Origin: Amphiscolops sp. MND2022
Taxonomy: Eukaryota
DNA length: 64,000 bases
Assembly: GCA_964187785.1 (NCBI GenBank)
Contig: OZ076409.1
Coordinates: 53,880,001 to 53,944,000 of the forward strand
Direction of reading: 5' to 3'
Shown: one piece after another, positions 35,864-48,375 of the stretch
Position numbering within the stretch: the stretch's first letter is position 1
Layout of the letters: each line of letters opens with the position of its first letter
Program-made: the position numbers and the translations under genes
Notes under the pieces: model-generated
Database searches by the model: none
What the model saw: only the letters and a program-made list of their open reading frames with translations
What the model was told of the DNA's origin: nothing

Positions 35864-36442
35864 TTGTCTTCTGAAACAAATTCTTCTGACTTTATACCTT
35901 TTCCATATTTTACATCTGGTTTTGAAACCGCTTCACTACTTTCATCAGACGCTCAGACTGCATTCCTTTTCGGAAATCTTTTTTCAGAAGTTATAATACC
36001 TACTCCTGTTCCTGCACATATTAGAATACCTGAATATTATACTGCAGATCAATCTAGACCTCCAACTCCAAATTTTGCTGACTATCCACTTAGAGTCGAT
36101 GGTATAACCATCTACGACCCACAGAACGATCCTAGATTTCCCATCCTTGCAGAACGCTTCATTACAAACAACGATCTTTTATCTCACAAAAGAAAGGAAA
36201 CAGAACTAAAACGCCTTCAGACACCCAATCTAGAACTCAAATTTGAAGTCAAAGTCAAATTTCAAGGTTTAAATCCACATCCAATGTTTCACGTCTCCAA
36301 GATAGAACATAAAACTTCCCCTGCTTCTTTTGAAGTCGTACACATTGATTTTGAACGAGACCTCAACATACCTACTATCACATATGGCAAAATCATACTC
36401 TGTAACCCATACTCAGGTCTTAAATATACTACCTCTTTTTGA
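35864..36442 (+). CDS. Unknown ORF between integrase and env of element 2
   Basis: 192-codon open frame with a non-ATG start, overlapping the env start. No recognisable motif. Confidence 0.4.
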   Translation: MSSETNSSDFIPFPYFTSGFETASLLSSDAQTAFLFGNLFSEVIIPTPVPAHIRIPEYYTADQSRPPTPNFADYPLRVDGITIYDPQNDPRFPILAERFITNNDLLSHKRKETELKRLQTPNLELKFEVKVKFQGLNPHPMFHVSKIEHKTSPASFEVVHIDFERDLNIPTITYGKIILCNPYSGLKYTTSF

Positions 36443-39091
36443 ACTCCTTACAACCTCATATATAACAATTCTGATAATCTATTCACACTTATTTCACTTC
36501 ACCTTTTCAATACCCATAACACCCTCTGACACAGAAAACTATCTTCCATCGGATGATCGGAATATTACAAACCTCATGGTTTCCCATTATGACTGTGCAA
36601 AACAACACAATTTGAGACAATTTAACTTACTTAATGTAAAACAATGCACTGAAGCTCCTTCTGACATCAAACATGCAAGTGTTAAAGCCCGTGTATATGT
36701 CCGAGCAAAAGCTAAACGCATCAAAGCTTTTAAATGTGTTGCTTATGCAAAGAAAGAAAAGAAAATATGCTTTCAAGGTTCCGTAAAATACCGTCGTGTT
36801 GATAGAACGGTATGGAATCATAATACATTACCGCTTCCTGTTACTCTTGATCCATTAGAATGAAAAAACAATATAAGACATTTAAATGGTACAAATGATA
36901 AAATATTGAACAACCTCCACTACAATAAAACATTTACACCTTTAGAAGACCATTATTTTCAAGAACGATTAGAACAAAATCAAACTCCTTTCACAGTATA
37001 CCAATTGAACAAAATGTACACAGGTACATTTACATTTATGCCTGCTGATAAAAACTGGATATATGACCCTACTCAAAACCCTTATCATAACTGTCCTGCT
37101 CATCACCAATTCGAAGTCAACCTAGTTAGTTGGCGATTGGAAAATTCTGAAGTAGAACTTACGTATGATGACACATCTAATGACATGATAATCGATGGAC
37201 ATACATTACCCTGCTATTTTGCAGATGGTTTTTGTAAACCCACAACGAAAACTCCGTTTACTCTTGTTTGGTTCAATGATGACTATTGCCTAAATTTCAC
37301 ATTACAAGATTTCATTGGTCGTATGACTAAAATTGAAGATAGATATTGGGTTGAAACAGACTCTTTTGTACATTCTCCACACTCAATAAAACCTAAAACA
37401 ACTTCTGGTATCAAAGGTACAGAACATCCTTATGTTTATGCTCCTCATACACAACATCCAAATAACCCAAGTCTTTCAAGATTTGAAGTTTTTCCTACAG
37501 CACAAACCTTTTGTGGTAAACCAGACCCTCTTTATTCTACACAATATTCAGACCTTTTTGTTACATACACTGATGGTTTCAATATGCATACAGGACAACC
37601 CAATCCTCTTTCCATGATTGATGAATATATTTCAGGTAAAATAGTATTGGACACTTCAAATAACAATATTGTATTCCCTGCATTAAATGTTTCAAACAAT
37701 TTTGCTACCATTGACTATGACGCACATATAAACACCAAAACAGATTACACTATTAACCATGTTTTCAGATCAATGACAGTACAAGAACTAAATACTCTTC
37801 ATACAAAATGCGAATTAGAACGAAACCAACTCCTTACAATACTCGCAATGTCAGTACAAAATCCTCAACTTGCTGGTTTTCTTTTAACCGGTAATCGAAG
37901 TAATTTCTTATACGTTGAAGGCTCTACCGCCTGGCTTTATGACTGTCCTCATTTTTTATCTCCTTTAAATAAAGCTGATAGATGCTTTGACCGTATACCT
38001 ATCCATTTTAAAGATACCTTAATGTACGTTGATCCAATTACAAGACAAACTTATGATTATGCTACACCAATTACATGTGATAACAATCCACGTAACATTA
38101 TTGAACTAGATCCTGATTCAGATGATCAAGATTTTTACATTCTTGGACCTGAACCAATTACACGCAAACCTCCACTAATGTTCACACCTTCACAAATTAA
38201 AACTACAATCCGTCCTAAGACTTTTACAGCTCAAGATGCTGGTATATATTCTAATGCAGAACTTGACCAATTTTGGAACCGTATTTTATTTTCTAAACAT
38301 TCTCATACTACACTTCAATTACTAGGCAAAGCCCTTAGCTATTCTTTCATTTCATCTAATACTCCTAATTACGATGCAGATTCCCCTCAAGATTCTGGTA
38401 ATCCTTATAATACATTACGTATAGGACTATATGATAAACTCTTGAACTTAACTCCTCTTTTTACACCTACATGGTTTTCAGATGCTTTTATTGCACTTTT
38501 TGGATACCCTTGTTATATTCTCACACAATGTGGTATATACTTTTCTACATTTCTTTTTGTACAAGCTACTCTCACACTCATTGTCAAAGTTTACAAAACA
38601 ATATCTAATAAATATAATCTCAAAAATAAAATTACCTTGTTTAGTTCTATAGCACATGGTTTTTTTAATGTTCTTACAGCACGAATGGTCAGTGACAACA
38701 ATAAGACTCAAAACAAAAATTCCAAAAGTACACTTTTAAAATCCAAATCCTTAGATAATTTTATTGACACTTCTACAAATCTAATTATTCATTCTACTGA
38801 TGTTACTTCCCCTCCACCTTTCTATACTAAACGTCCTAACAAAATTCAATTTCTTAATTTAACTTGTTTCCGAAACGACACCACAATTCCCACCAAAAAA
38901 CTACTCCACTTCCTTTCTCTCCTGTTCAACGTCCTCCACTTCCTAATTATACTCATAAAAACTTTCATCCGAATGACAATCTAACTACTCAACATGACAC
39001 CTTAATTAACAATTCTGTCACCTCTACTACGGATACACCAATTAAAATCTATTCACGGACAAACTATCCTTTTCCTCCTCCATCTTCTTGA
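36440..39091 (+). pseudogene. env: env-like glycoprotein resembling chuvirus/herpes gB-type (class III) fusion proteins; in-frame TGA at 36861 and a late frameshift
   Basis: Hydrophobic signal-like stretch, YDC motif, Cys-rich ectodomain, CELERNQL..LA...P..AGFL...G...WLYDC...CFDRIPI...YVDPITR...C pattern and C-terminal hydrophobic segments. The ORFs ending at 36863 and starting at 36906 are in the same frame. Confidence 0.8.
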
Positions 39092-39304
39092 ACACTCTCT
39101 CAGTTTTCTGTAAACTCTCTTCCAGCACACTTGCCTACTACTTCATCTTTTCACAATTGCTACTCCTCCACCGCTTGAAACCCTTTAGAAGTTCATCTTC
39201 CTCAATCCAATAACACATCTCTAATCATAACAGTCTTCAAAAACTCTTCAACTAAAGTTGATAAATCCACTCGTTAGTGTAATTTACAGAACTTTCACTT
39301 TAAA

Positions 39305-40716
39305 GTGCTAAGGCCTCTTGGAATAGATAACACTGTGATTGTTGATGTTTTTCCTTTAAACACAATGACACAAGCACAACTTGACTTACAGAAACAGGCA
39401 CAAATTGATCTACAAACACAGCTTGAACAAGCAACCCCAACAGATCTTATAACTAGACCTCTTTCAAATGATTCTCCCGTTCTCTATATCGAGATTTCTG
39501 AACAAACACCTCCAACTTTTCTTGAACAAATTGAACACACAAAAGTGGAACACGAAAATTCAAAACCTACTCCCTCACAAGATGATACTGATCATACACA
39601 AACCACACCACCTCCTCCAAAAAAGCGATATGAAGTTATGAAAGAACCAATCTTTCTTTCTTCACCAATATACCCTCCTTCAAAACCTTCAAAAATTTCA
39701 CTTTGCACGAATCGTGATGATCATTTTATCCCACTTCTTTCCAATGGCGAATTCGTCTTTAAAGCACAACTAACTTCTCTCTATATGCATCCTACTGACT
39801 ATTCATTCCGCCTTTATGACAAAAATCAAGACTTCTTCACATCAATTGCCTCCAAAATAATGGGTCCATACCAATATTGGCTCGACAACGGAGTCAAAAT
39901 TTTCTCTCTACAATTCGATTTTCTCCGTCCTTCTATCTACGATCTCAAAACAGATGAATCTGATCCATCTTTCCTCTCTATTTCACAAAAAGCTACTCAT
40001 CATCAAACGTATACTAAATTTCTACAATACACGAAACCACAAAATCACATTTTCGTCAATTACAAATATACATCACCGTTCACAATGACAAATATGTACA
40101 CTCTTGACCACTCTTGTATAACAGGCTACCTTCGAAATTATGACCCTATAAAACAATACTTCTGTTTGCTGCCGTACAATAATACTTCACGTCCACTTAT
40201 CGTACCTCAAGAATATCTCATACATTACGATGACTTTTTGTTGCCTTGCAACATTCCTACTCAAATTGTCAAACCTCTCACTGTCATTAAACATCTAGTA
40301 TCTTCTCCACTTGACGATAAAGATAGAACTTAATATACAGCACTCTACAAGCAAACGTATTCTTACAATGAACTTCTCTTCATTTCTGCAAAAACTCTTT
40401 CCTTTATGGTACAAGCTGAACAAAAACTGAACATAAATCACACTCTTCACCAATAAAAAACGCCCCTGACAAACGTTCCTCTATACTGAATAACCGAACA
40501 CTTCGCGACATGACCAATTTACTTGAACCCTATAAACGAAACTCCTCTGAAACACCTATCACAACACTCACACATATACTACACTGCTATGACAGAATAC
40601 ACAAACTTCTTCAGACACTCAATTTAGACTCTCAACGTATCACCCAATCATCCCAAGCAATTCAATCTGCTTTGGAAACTATAACTACTCTTTTTAACTC
40701 AACTAATCTTCATTAA
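39305..40716 (+). pseudogene. Accessory ORF(s) downstream of env in element 2 (342 aa plus a decayed continuation)
   Basis: Long open frame with a PPKKR NLS-like motif. No family recognised. Confidence 0.5.
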
Positions 40717-41140
40717 ACTCTCCTACAGGTAATACAAAATTCTTAACTTTTCTTCTCTGGTTTACTCTATGACACATCTTTGACACTATATCAAAGGTGT
40801 TTACATTTTTACCTACTTAATCAAAGTAATATCTTGCTTTTCTGAATGAAATCTCAGGACTATCTTTAAAGTACATACTTCTTTCCTATAGTACATGTCA
40901 AAAATAACTATTTATGTCTAAAAACTACACATAAACAATGATACAAGACATCAAGACGGTATAGCACAAAACTATGTATGATACATTATAGCACCTTCTT
41001 ATATATGGTACTTCTCTTCTATTGTCGTTGTCAACTTTCTTACACTTCGTGTGTTTTAGAAACATCCATTCTTCTTCCTCCTCCTTCCATACTCTTTCAG
41101 AACATCTCCACTTCTTCTTCTTCTACAGCACACTATCGTC

Positions 41141-41593
41141 ATGGCCCCCAACGCTGAAGTAGAAGATATAATAACTATGACTTCCAGTCAATCAAAAGTA
41201 CACAGTCTCAAAGCCGCGATCTTTCATACAATGGCTTATAAACACTCTCTCGAAATCAACAAGAACAAAATCACCCCAAAGACGATTATTGCTTTTCTCA
41301 AAGTTCTCTACAATATTGCCCAGATTAAGACAAAAAAAAATAACTTTGAACAGTACTCTCGCATTCATTTGGCTGGCCCAAAAATCTCAATTTGCGAGAC
41401 TGCATCTAATGCTGTTTTCGTTTTGAATTCTTCATTTACGTCAAAAGACCAATATTTCAAAACTGCCATACAAGAAGCAATCTTAACCTTCAATAACGTT
41501 CTCAAAGATTTTGGGTACACCCAAACCCTTGAATACTACGACCCTAATGTGCATCAAGCACATCCTCCGTCGCAACATCCACTGTGTCAATAA
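41141..41593 (+). CDS. Accessory ORF of element 2 (150 aa, ATG start)
   Basis: ATG in a good context (GTCATGG). No family recognised. Confidence 0.45.
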   Translation: MAPNAEVEDIITMTSSQSKVHSLKAAIFHTMAYKHSLEINKNKITPKTIIAFLKVLYNIAQIKTKKNNFEQYSRIHLAGPKISICETASNAVFVLNSSFTSKDQYFKTAIQEAILTFNNVLKDFGYTQTLEYYDPNVHQAHPPSQHPLCQ

Positions 41594-42987
41594 TCTACAA
41601 CAACTTCTACTCACTTTTATTTTACTCTTCAACTGCATTTCGTCTTCATTCCTTCATCTTTCTTCGATGATGCACCGAAATGTGGTTGGTGATCACTCCT
41701 CCAAAGAACTTCTCCTACACATGCTGACATTCTTCACTACACCCACACACGATGGTCAACATCATCCATCCACACTCTGGGTTCGCAGACGTTGCCAACA
41801 TTCTCCTTGTCCTCGTCACTGGTCTTCTCAACCTGCCTCTTCACTGGTCTTTCTCTGTGGCAGTCACCACGTCGTCGACTTCTTGACTGGTCTTCACACT
41901 TCAATGGACTGCACTCTTCTCCAAATTTCAAACAATGTGATTCAAATTGAGTCAATTTTCAAACTGAACTATACAGTCAATTTTAACTAATATAACTTGT
42001 AGCTTATTGTAATCTGTTTTAATCAAATTATAACTCCAATACAGTGTAGTGCTATATAATCTTATATAATCTTAATCTTCTATAATCGTATTATAATTAC
42101 CCCCTCTGTTGCTATCCCCACAAAATTTTACCTATAATTACCTTTGTAACCGCAACTATATCTACTTCCATTGTCTTGTGTATAGTACATTGACATAACC
42201 TTATCTAATTCTATTGTTACATCTATAATACACTTCAAAAATATATCTCTAATTCCCATCTTTTACAGAACACAAGTCCTACCTACAGCACAAGGATTTT
42301 TCTAAGATTTTAGGACCAAAATTTATCTTTTACAAAACATGTTCTACACCTTTGTTTTACTTCCCAAAAGCATTCCCAAAAATTTTCAAAATTTTTCTTT
42401 TGAACTTTTCAAAACTGTTACTTATCGTTTTCCAATGTTTGAAACCTGCAATTGCCAAAGTTCTTTTTCTTGAACTTTTTGCTTCTGCTCTACTCTTCAC
42501 TTTAGTTGAAAATGAACTCTCACTAGAACCTTGACTTTTCGAAACTTTTTCACTTTTGGTTCACATACCCGCCAATGTTGGTTCACAACTCATTGACAAC
42601 TTCACGCTTTAATTCTTCAACTTGAAAAGTTTTCAATGCTGACTAACTCATGTTGATGAAAATTTTTTCAAACAAGCCGATGGCTGATACGAAAAAGAAT
42701 ACCACTAAATAGTTGTCAACAATAACTTGATCGAAAACTGTCAGTCAAAGAAACTGAACGAACTTGAACCTTTATGCACCAATTGAATCGTCTATGACGT
42801 AAGAAGTCAAATCGTCTTAGGTTGTTCTCACTCCTTAAGTATGGTACACTACAAAACGAAACTCATGCAATTCAAGTACAACACATATGAAACAAACCCA
42901 TGCATATAACGTCTAAAACAAAAACTTTTAGAACTCCTCAAACCCAAAGTGCATATATGTAATTTTACTTTTAAATTCCCGGTTGAT

Positions 42988-43350
42988 TGTGATGCCATGA
43001 TGCATGTCCTCAAAGATTCTATAAATCTGAAATACTCTGAACTCTTAACCAAAGTAATTAGTAAATGTAATCTCATTTGAAAGCTAATTATACTAGAAGA
43101 AACTTCATTTAATATATCCTGTAACAAGCTTCCTAGATTCATCCTGTTGCTGTCACATTGTTAATTGATGAAACACACCCTAGTTAATAGATTATATCTA
43201 CTCGGAGAAATTGAGAATTCATCCTGACGATCGGTCTTCTCTCCAGCACTTCAAGAACTGAGATCTCAGAAATAGATTGTACTTAGAACCAGCTAGCTAC
43301 AAGGTATAGAATAAGACGAATATGCTGTTAAAATCTTAGACTTCTTATGT
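42988..43350 (+). repeat. 3' LTR of element 2 (apparently truncated at its 3' end)
   Basis: Matches 25534-25896, then the match stops at TTATGT with no terminal CA. Confidence 0.9.
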
Positions 43351-43810
43351 TTGATGGGCCTGTTAAGGCGATTTGATGTTTTGATGGGCCTGTTAAGGTG
43401 ATGATTTGATGTTTTGGGGCTTGCTTCCTTCCAATGCCATGCTTTTGAAGAACAAAGTTTCAAGCAGTGTGAATTCAATGGAATACCAGTCTGTTTTATT
43501 TGTATTTGCTATTCCTGCGGTAAAGGAAATCATGGATAATGATTATATTTTCAAACAGGATACATGTAGTGTTCACATTGCCCAGTCGACATTGAAAAAT
43601 CGTGAAATTGATGTCCCAAATTGACGCATTAGAAGTACTGATTCAAACTTCCTGGAGAATGCCTGGAGTATCTTAAGCAGTTTGGTGTTTGATGGCCCGC
43701 AACCTCCGAAATGTGAAAGAATTAGAAAATCGTGTCAAAAAACGATTATGGACAAGAAATTGAATACTGATTAAGTCGTTAACTTATTCGTATGAATGCC
43801 GGTTCGTATT
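43351..43810 (+). pseudogene. Tc1/mariner-like transposase remnant, 3' part
   Basis: VM.WG-like, VNSMEY, YIFKQDTCSVH and N.LENAW.IL motifs, with stops and frameshifts. Confidence 0.65.
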
Positions 43811-45934
43811 GCTCGTTTTTTGAGAAAAAAAAAGCAATCAAATGCCCTATTAAACTCTTTCCTGTTTTTTTGAGAACTCCAAAAATTTTAGCGTCGACGA
43901 GCTCGATTGACATGTTTTTGAATTATCCAAAAAATTTTGACGCACAGCGTACCACTACTGGATACTAATTAGGCGATGTTGTCAATCGGGTAGAGTAACG
44001 ACAACCGACCTGATAACGAAGAGGATACTGAGCGATGATGTAAGTTAATAATTCTACTAATTTTTGCAATTTCAAGTTTTGTTTTGAGCCTGCTATGGAA
44101 TGAAATTTCCTCAATGGCATTGACTTCATCACATTATATGACGTGGGAAAAGCTTGATTTATTTTGTTTACAATTTTAGGGTTATTTTTCAGCTTCGAAT
44201 CTCTCTCAACTAACCATCGTGGAGCTTTAAGCAAGTCCTTGATCATCCCTTGCTTAACGGTAGATATAGCCATGACAAAATGTACCGCATTTAGCGAAGG
44301 AAAACCAAATAAACAGAGCAAGTGTGAGCTGTCAGATTCTAAGGACCTTGAACAAGTCACATTGAAACTACAGATGTTGCTTGGTAATTTGGTTGCAAAA
44401 ATCGATCGTACCATAGCTTAATAGATAAGAGATAATACCCGAAAAGGGCAGGGCTCTGACTCAGAAAAGCCGAATTGGGTATTCGGCGTCCACCCCGGTA
44501 GGGAAAAATTAATTTTCTGCATCTTATTTCTCGATCAAATTATAATATCTTGGAGGAAAACAAGATACTTTCAAAGTTGTTTTTGTTCCGTATATGGGGA
44601 AAACGTCGTGAAGAAGAAGCTGCAGATATTTGTCGATATTTTTTCCTGTTTTCAAATCTGAAGAGAAGATGGGTTGTTACACAATTCTGATTCTCTAGGT
44701 ACTGCGATTATTGAATCATTGAAAAGTTATCTAACCACACTGCATTAAGTAAAATTCCTTCAAAAATGACTATCAGATCAAAGTTACAAGATTGTTCATG
44801 ACGTTTTGAAGTGCGAGCTGATTCAACCAAATTACGAGTGATCTGAATGACGCAGTTTCCAAAGTGAACTTGGAAAAAAGTTTCCGACCTGTAGATGTTC
44901 AACGCGTCAAATAAATTCTGCCTGTCACTTTCAGGACCGAACTTTGTATTTCGGATTCTCTCTATAAGTATTCATTTGTTTCAGTTTTTCAAATTGTATG
45001 ACTTTTTAAACCCAAGTGCAATTTGTCTTATGTTGCATTGGTAATAAATAGTTTTCCAGTGCTGATTGTTGGGGCAGCGGATTATCTTGCATCTCTGTCG
45101 TGTTTTTACACTATAAAAACATTTGAATAAAGAATTAATTTTTCCAGAATGTTAAAATATCAAACAATTCATAAAACTGTACTATTGTATACAAAGTAAT
45201 TGATTGTCCTGGTTGACCACACCATGCTAGTCCTACTGAGATCATATTACAATGGTGTTACGATTACGTCACACTCTTCGTAGCCAGAATTCGTTATGCG
45301 ACTGCTGTCGTATCGAATCACAAAACGCATGATAGAATACATGTACATGCACACATAGCAAGATACCGTGAAACCAATTTAGTAGATTCGACGAAATAAA
45401 ATGGTGCTAGCAGGACCTCCATTGAAAATAGTGTTTTACTAATTGAAGACCCTAAAAATCGAGATAAAAACATCGGATTTTTTGGCTGGCGGCTGAAAAA
45501 CAATCGACATGGCAAAATAATGTCTCATTTCCACCAGATTCAAGGGGGAGTGGGAAATATCCTAAAATTTTCACCAGAAATCTTTAATTTAAAAGTTGGG
45601 GGACTGCTTGGTGGAACTAAATTTTGGTTTCAATGAGAAGTTTACCGTATCTCATTGAATTGGAACTCGTTGTTTAAGAATCTTTAGAGGACATTCCTAT
45701 TGTAGTACATGCAGTACGAATGAAAACACGAGTTTCAAAAAGAATGCGATTGTGCTACGGTCTTTCCACGATAGGTGTGAGGGTCAACCTGGATGCTCTT
45801 GCTAAAACTTTATATAAAATTATCATCATGTAATATAATCTTGAGATCAAACCAATGAATTTTTCGATTATAAAATGTTCAAAAGAACTTCTTGTCTTTC
45901 ATTCAATCATTCGTCCCATAGTCTGTGAGGACAC

Positions 45935-46834
45935 TTAGGCTAGTACGCACTGGAGTATTTTCTCAGCACATACATAAGTTATAAAGTCTTTTTCTTGCTC
46001 ATATCTTTCGATATCAAAAACAGACAAATCAGCATCCTCATCATCGTTGTCGTCATCATCGTTGTCGTCATCATCGTTGTCGTCATCATCGTTGACGTCA
46101 TTGTTGTCACCGCCATAGCCCTCAATACCGTCGTTATCGTCTTGCATTTCCCTGATATTCTTGTAGTATTCATCCCCTGCAAGAACTATCTTCAGACAGT
46201 TAAGGGTGAATTTTTTCATGTCGTCCTCAGAGTAGTTCTGGAAGAGACTGTAACCGGTAACATCTGGACTCACAGATAGGTATTCATTGTCCAAGTACGC
46301 TTGGACCTCTTTTTCACTATACTTCTCGCCTCCTTTGCCATCTTTGCTTGCTCCTGGGCCGAATTGACTTCGGAACTCGTTTAGTTTCGAGTCTTTAAGA
46401 AATTGATCTTGTTGTACTTCCAAGAATGTTTTGAAATATTTTGATTTGACAAGTCCAAATGGTCCAAAGTGGTGGATTAAATATTTATAAGGACTTGCGT
46501 TTTCAGTTCTTTTAAACCACATCAGATAGTTTGCAGGAACTTTTTTTGATGCATCGTCCAATAAATTCCACAGGGTATGTAATGCATCTATTCGTGCCAC
46601 TTTTAATATCCAACCATTCCACTTACCATTACTCATGAGTTTTCGAGCCCAAGGTTGGATATTTCCCATCCAATTACCATAACTCGATGTTTGATAAATC
46701 CATTCCGAAATTTTTGTTAGTGCTGTAACAAGTTCGTCGCTATCCGTAATGCTTATAGCCAAATGCGACTTCATTGTGAACTTGAAAACATCATCTTTGT
46801 ACTCGATTGCTCTGTTAATTCTCATTGGTGTCAT
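45935..46834 (-). CDS. Orphan single-exon ORF, 299 aa, Asp-rich C-terminal tract
   Basis: ATG-to-stop open frame of 900 nt in AT-rich DNA. The Asp/Asn run is encoded by short tandem repeats (46040-46100). Confidence 0.55.
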   Translation of the reverse strand: MTPMRINRAIEYKDDVFKFTMKSHLAISITDSDELVTALTKISEWIYQTSSYGNWMGNIQPWARKLMSNGKWNGWILKVARIDALHTLWNLLDDASKKVPANYLMWFKRTENASPYKYLIHHFGPFGLVKSKYFKTFLEVQQDQFLKDSKLNEFRSQFGPGASKDGKGGEKYSEKEVQAYLDNEYLSVSPDVTGYSLFQNYSEDDMKKFTLNCLKIVLAGDEYYKNIREMQDDNDGIEGYGGDNNDVNDDDDNDDDDNDDDDNDDEDADLSVFDIERYEQEKDFITYVCAEKILQCVLA

Positions 46835-47189
46835 AATTTCTTGGCTTTCTTGGCAATCTCGTTACCTATTTGTACTGTTAAGAGGAAAGCTAGTCAAAGT
46901 CGCCGGAATTTGAGGCGCAGAAAACTCGTCAAAAATTATTACTTCAATTTTTGAACCAAGTGAAAACTCGTCGATTATATTCTACGCACAATTCAGATTC
47001 AAGTACAGTAGCGTTTTAAAACATTGCAAACTCTTGAACAAATTTCTAGGCAAATATTATCAAATTACTCACACTCTAGAGAAATAAATAGGGTATCAAT
47101 CGAAAGGGTAACTTGTCAAGCTTTCTCACAAAAGATTGTTTATTTTCATTTTTACAAACAAAGATGCCTCAGACCTGTGCTAACGATAG

Positions 47190-47700
47190 AGAAAATAAAA
47201 TCACTTTAGATTCAAAAAATCTAGAATGTCATTTTTGCTGACGAAACGATGATTGAGTTACAACACAAATTTTGGTGTTCAACCATTATTTACGCCAAAT
47301 CATCAAACCATTGCAGCAAAAAACTGATGATCTGGGAATGTGTCAGATAGTATGGCAAAAAAATCGATTTTTTCTAAAAAACAAAGTCAACGCTGATGTT
47401 TACATTCACTGTTTCAAAAACAAGGCTCTACTTTTTCTGAATCTCCATGTACTTTTTCAACAGGACAATGCACTTACCCAGACAGCTGTAAAAACGATGA
47501 TATTTTTCAAGAGCATGATTTTACCTTACTATCAACTGGCTCCCGCGATCTCCGGATTCAAATATCATCAGAAATTTGTGGCACATTCTGAAGAAAAAAC
47601 AACTTTGGACGTTTACTGAGAATTACTGAATTCCAAGCTTCTACATAAATAGACTGTATTCCGAGGCTAATACAATGAATCTTCGAAAATGAAGGATAGA
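47190..47700 (+). pseudogene. Tc1/mariner-like transposase remnant
   Basis: NVIFADETM, FQQDNA and W.PRSPD.N.I.N.W motifs spread across frameshifts. Confidence 0.7.
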
Positions 47701-48159
47701 CGACAAAGTATTAGACGCTCAAAAACGTTTTCTTACTTTACCGCTTGTCTGTACCATGTTTTTTTGGGCCTAACTTCTTTTGAACATCCGTTTTTGTTTT
47801 CAAAGTTTTGCCAGATTTCACAACGCTACTGTATTCTATACGGAATGAACGCCTCTTAGAAATTAAATTGTGAGGTGCTACTTATAAATCGACTTTATCG
47901 ATTGATTTTTCTTAGAAATTTTTTCCTGTCTTATTGTCATTTTGACTGAGCTGCAAATGAAGTTTGTTCTTTTTAGTCTGCGCTTCATGAAGTGAAACGT
48001 AACTATACTAGTGACTTTTTTCAATCCACACGAACTGACCAAATCATGCCGAATGCCAAAATATCCAAAATTCAACAAATTGGCAAATTATTCAGAAGGC
48101 TCTCCGCATCTCTATTTCTATATACTTATTTGGATTGAACGGTTTTTACAATACCTGAC

Positions 48160-48375
48160 GAGACCAAAGGGTCCCCTTTCAGTTTTTTTCGGCATTGTCA
48201 GATTTTTTTCGAAAAAAATTCGATGTCTCCAAAGGCTCCACCCTTCAATTTTTTTCGTATTTTGCAACAGAATGGATGTTGAAAAATCCGAAAGGGCCCC
48301 CCCTTTAAGCGCGCCAGTTCAGTCCAACTTTTGGGTTTTTCGCGTCTGTAGAAGAATCCTTGACACTCTGAAGTC
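48160..48375 (+). mobile_element. Internal fragment of the HINE-like family
   Basis: AAGGGTCCCCTTTCAGTTTTTTTCGGCATTGT and TTTTGCAACAGAATGGATGTT are shared with copies 1-483 and 1481-1978. Confidence 0.65.

Larger units (their letters stand above)
25534..43350 (+). mobile_element. Env-bearing Gypsy-type LTR retroelement (element 2), ~17.8 kb, decayed
   Basis: Direct repeats 25534-25896 and 42988-43350 (~7 mismatches in 363 bp). gag-PR-RT-RH-IN-env order on the + strand. Confidence 0.93.

Noticed and set aside
43965..44414. 149-aa minus-strand ORF as a transposase HTH
   Set aside because: No recognisable motif and overlapping opposite-strand ORF; unsupported.
45979..46279. ORFs with poly-Thr/Met or poly-Ile/Val
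   Set aside because: Alternative frames of the Asp-coding tandem repeat.
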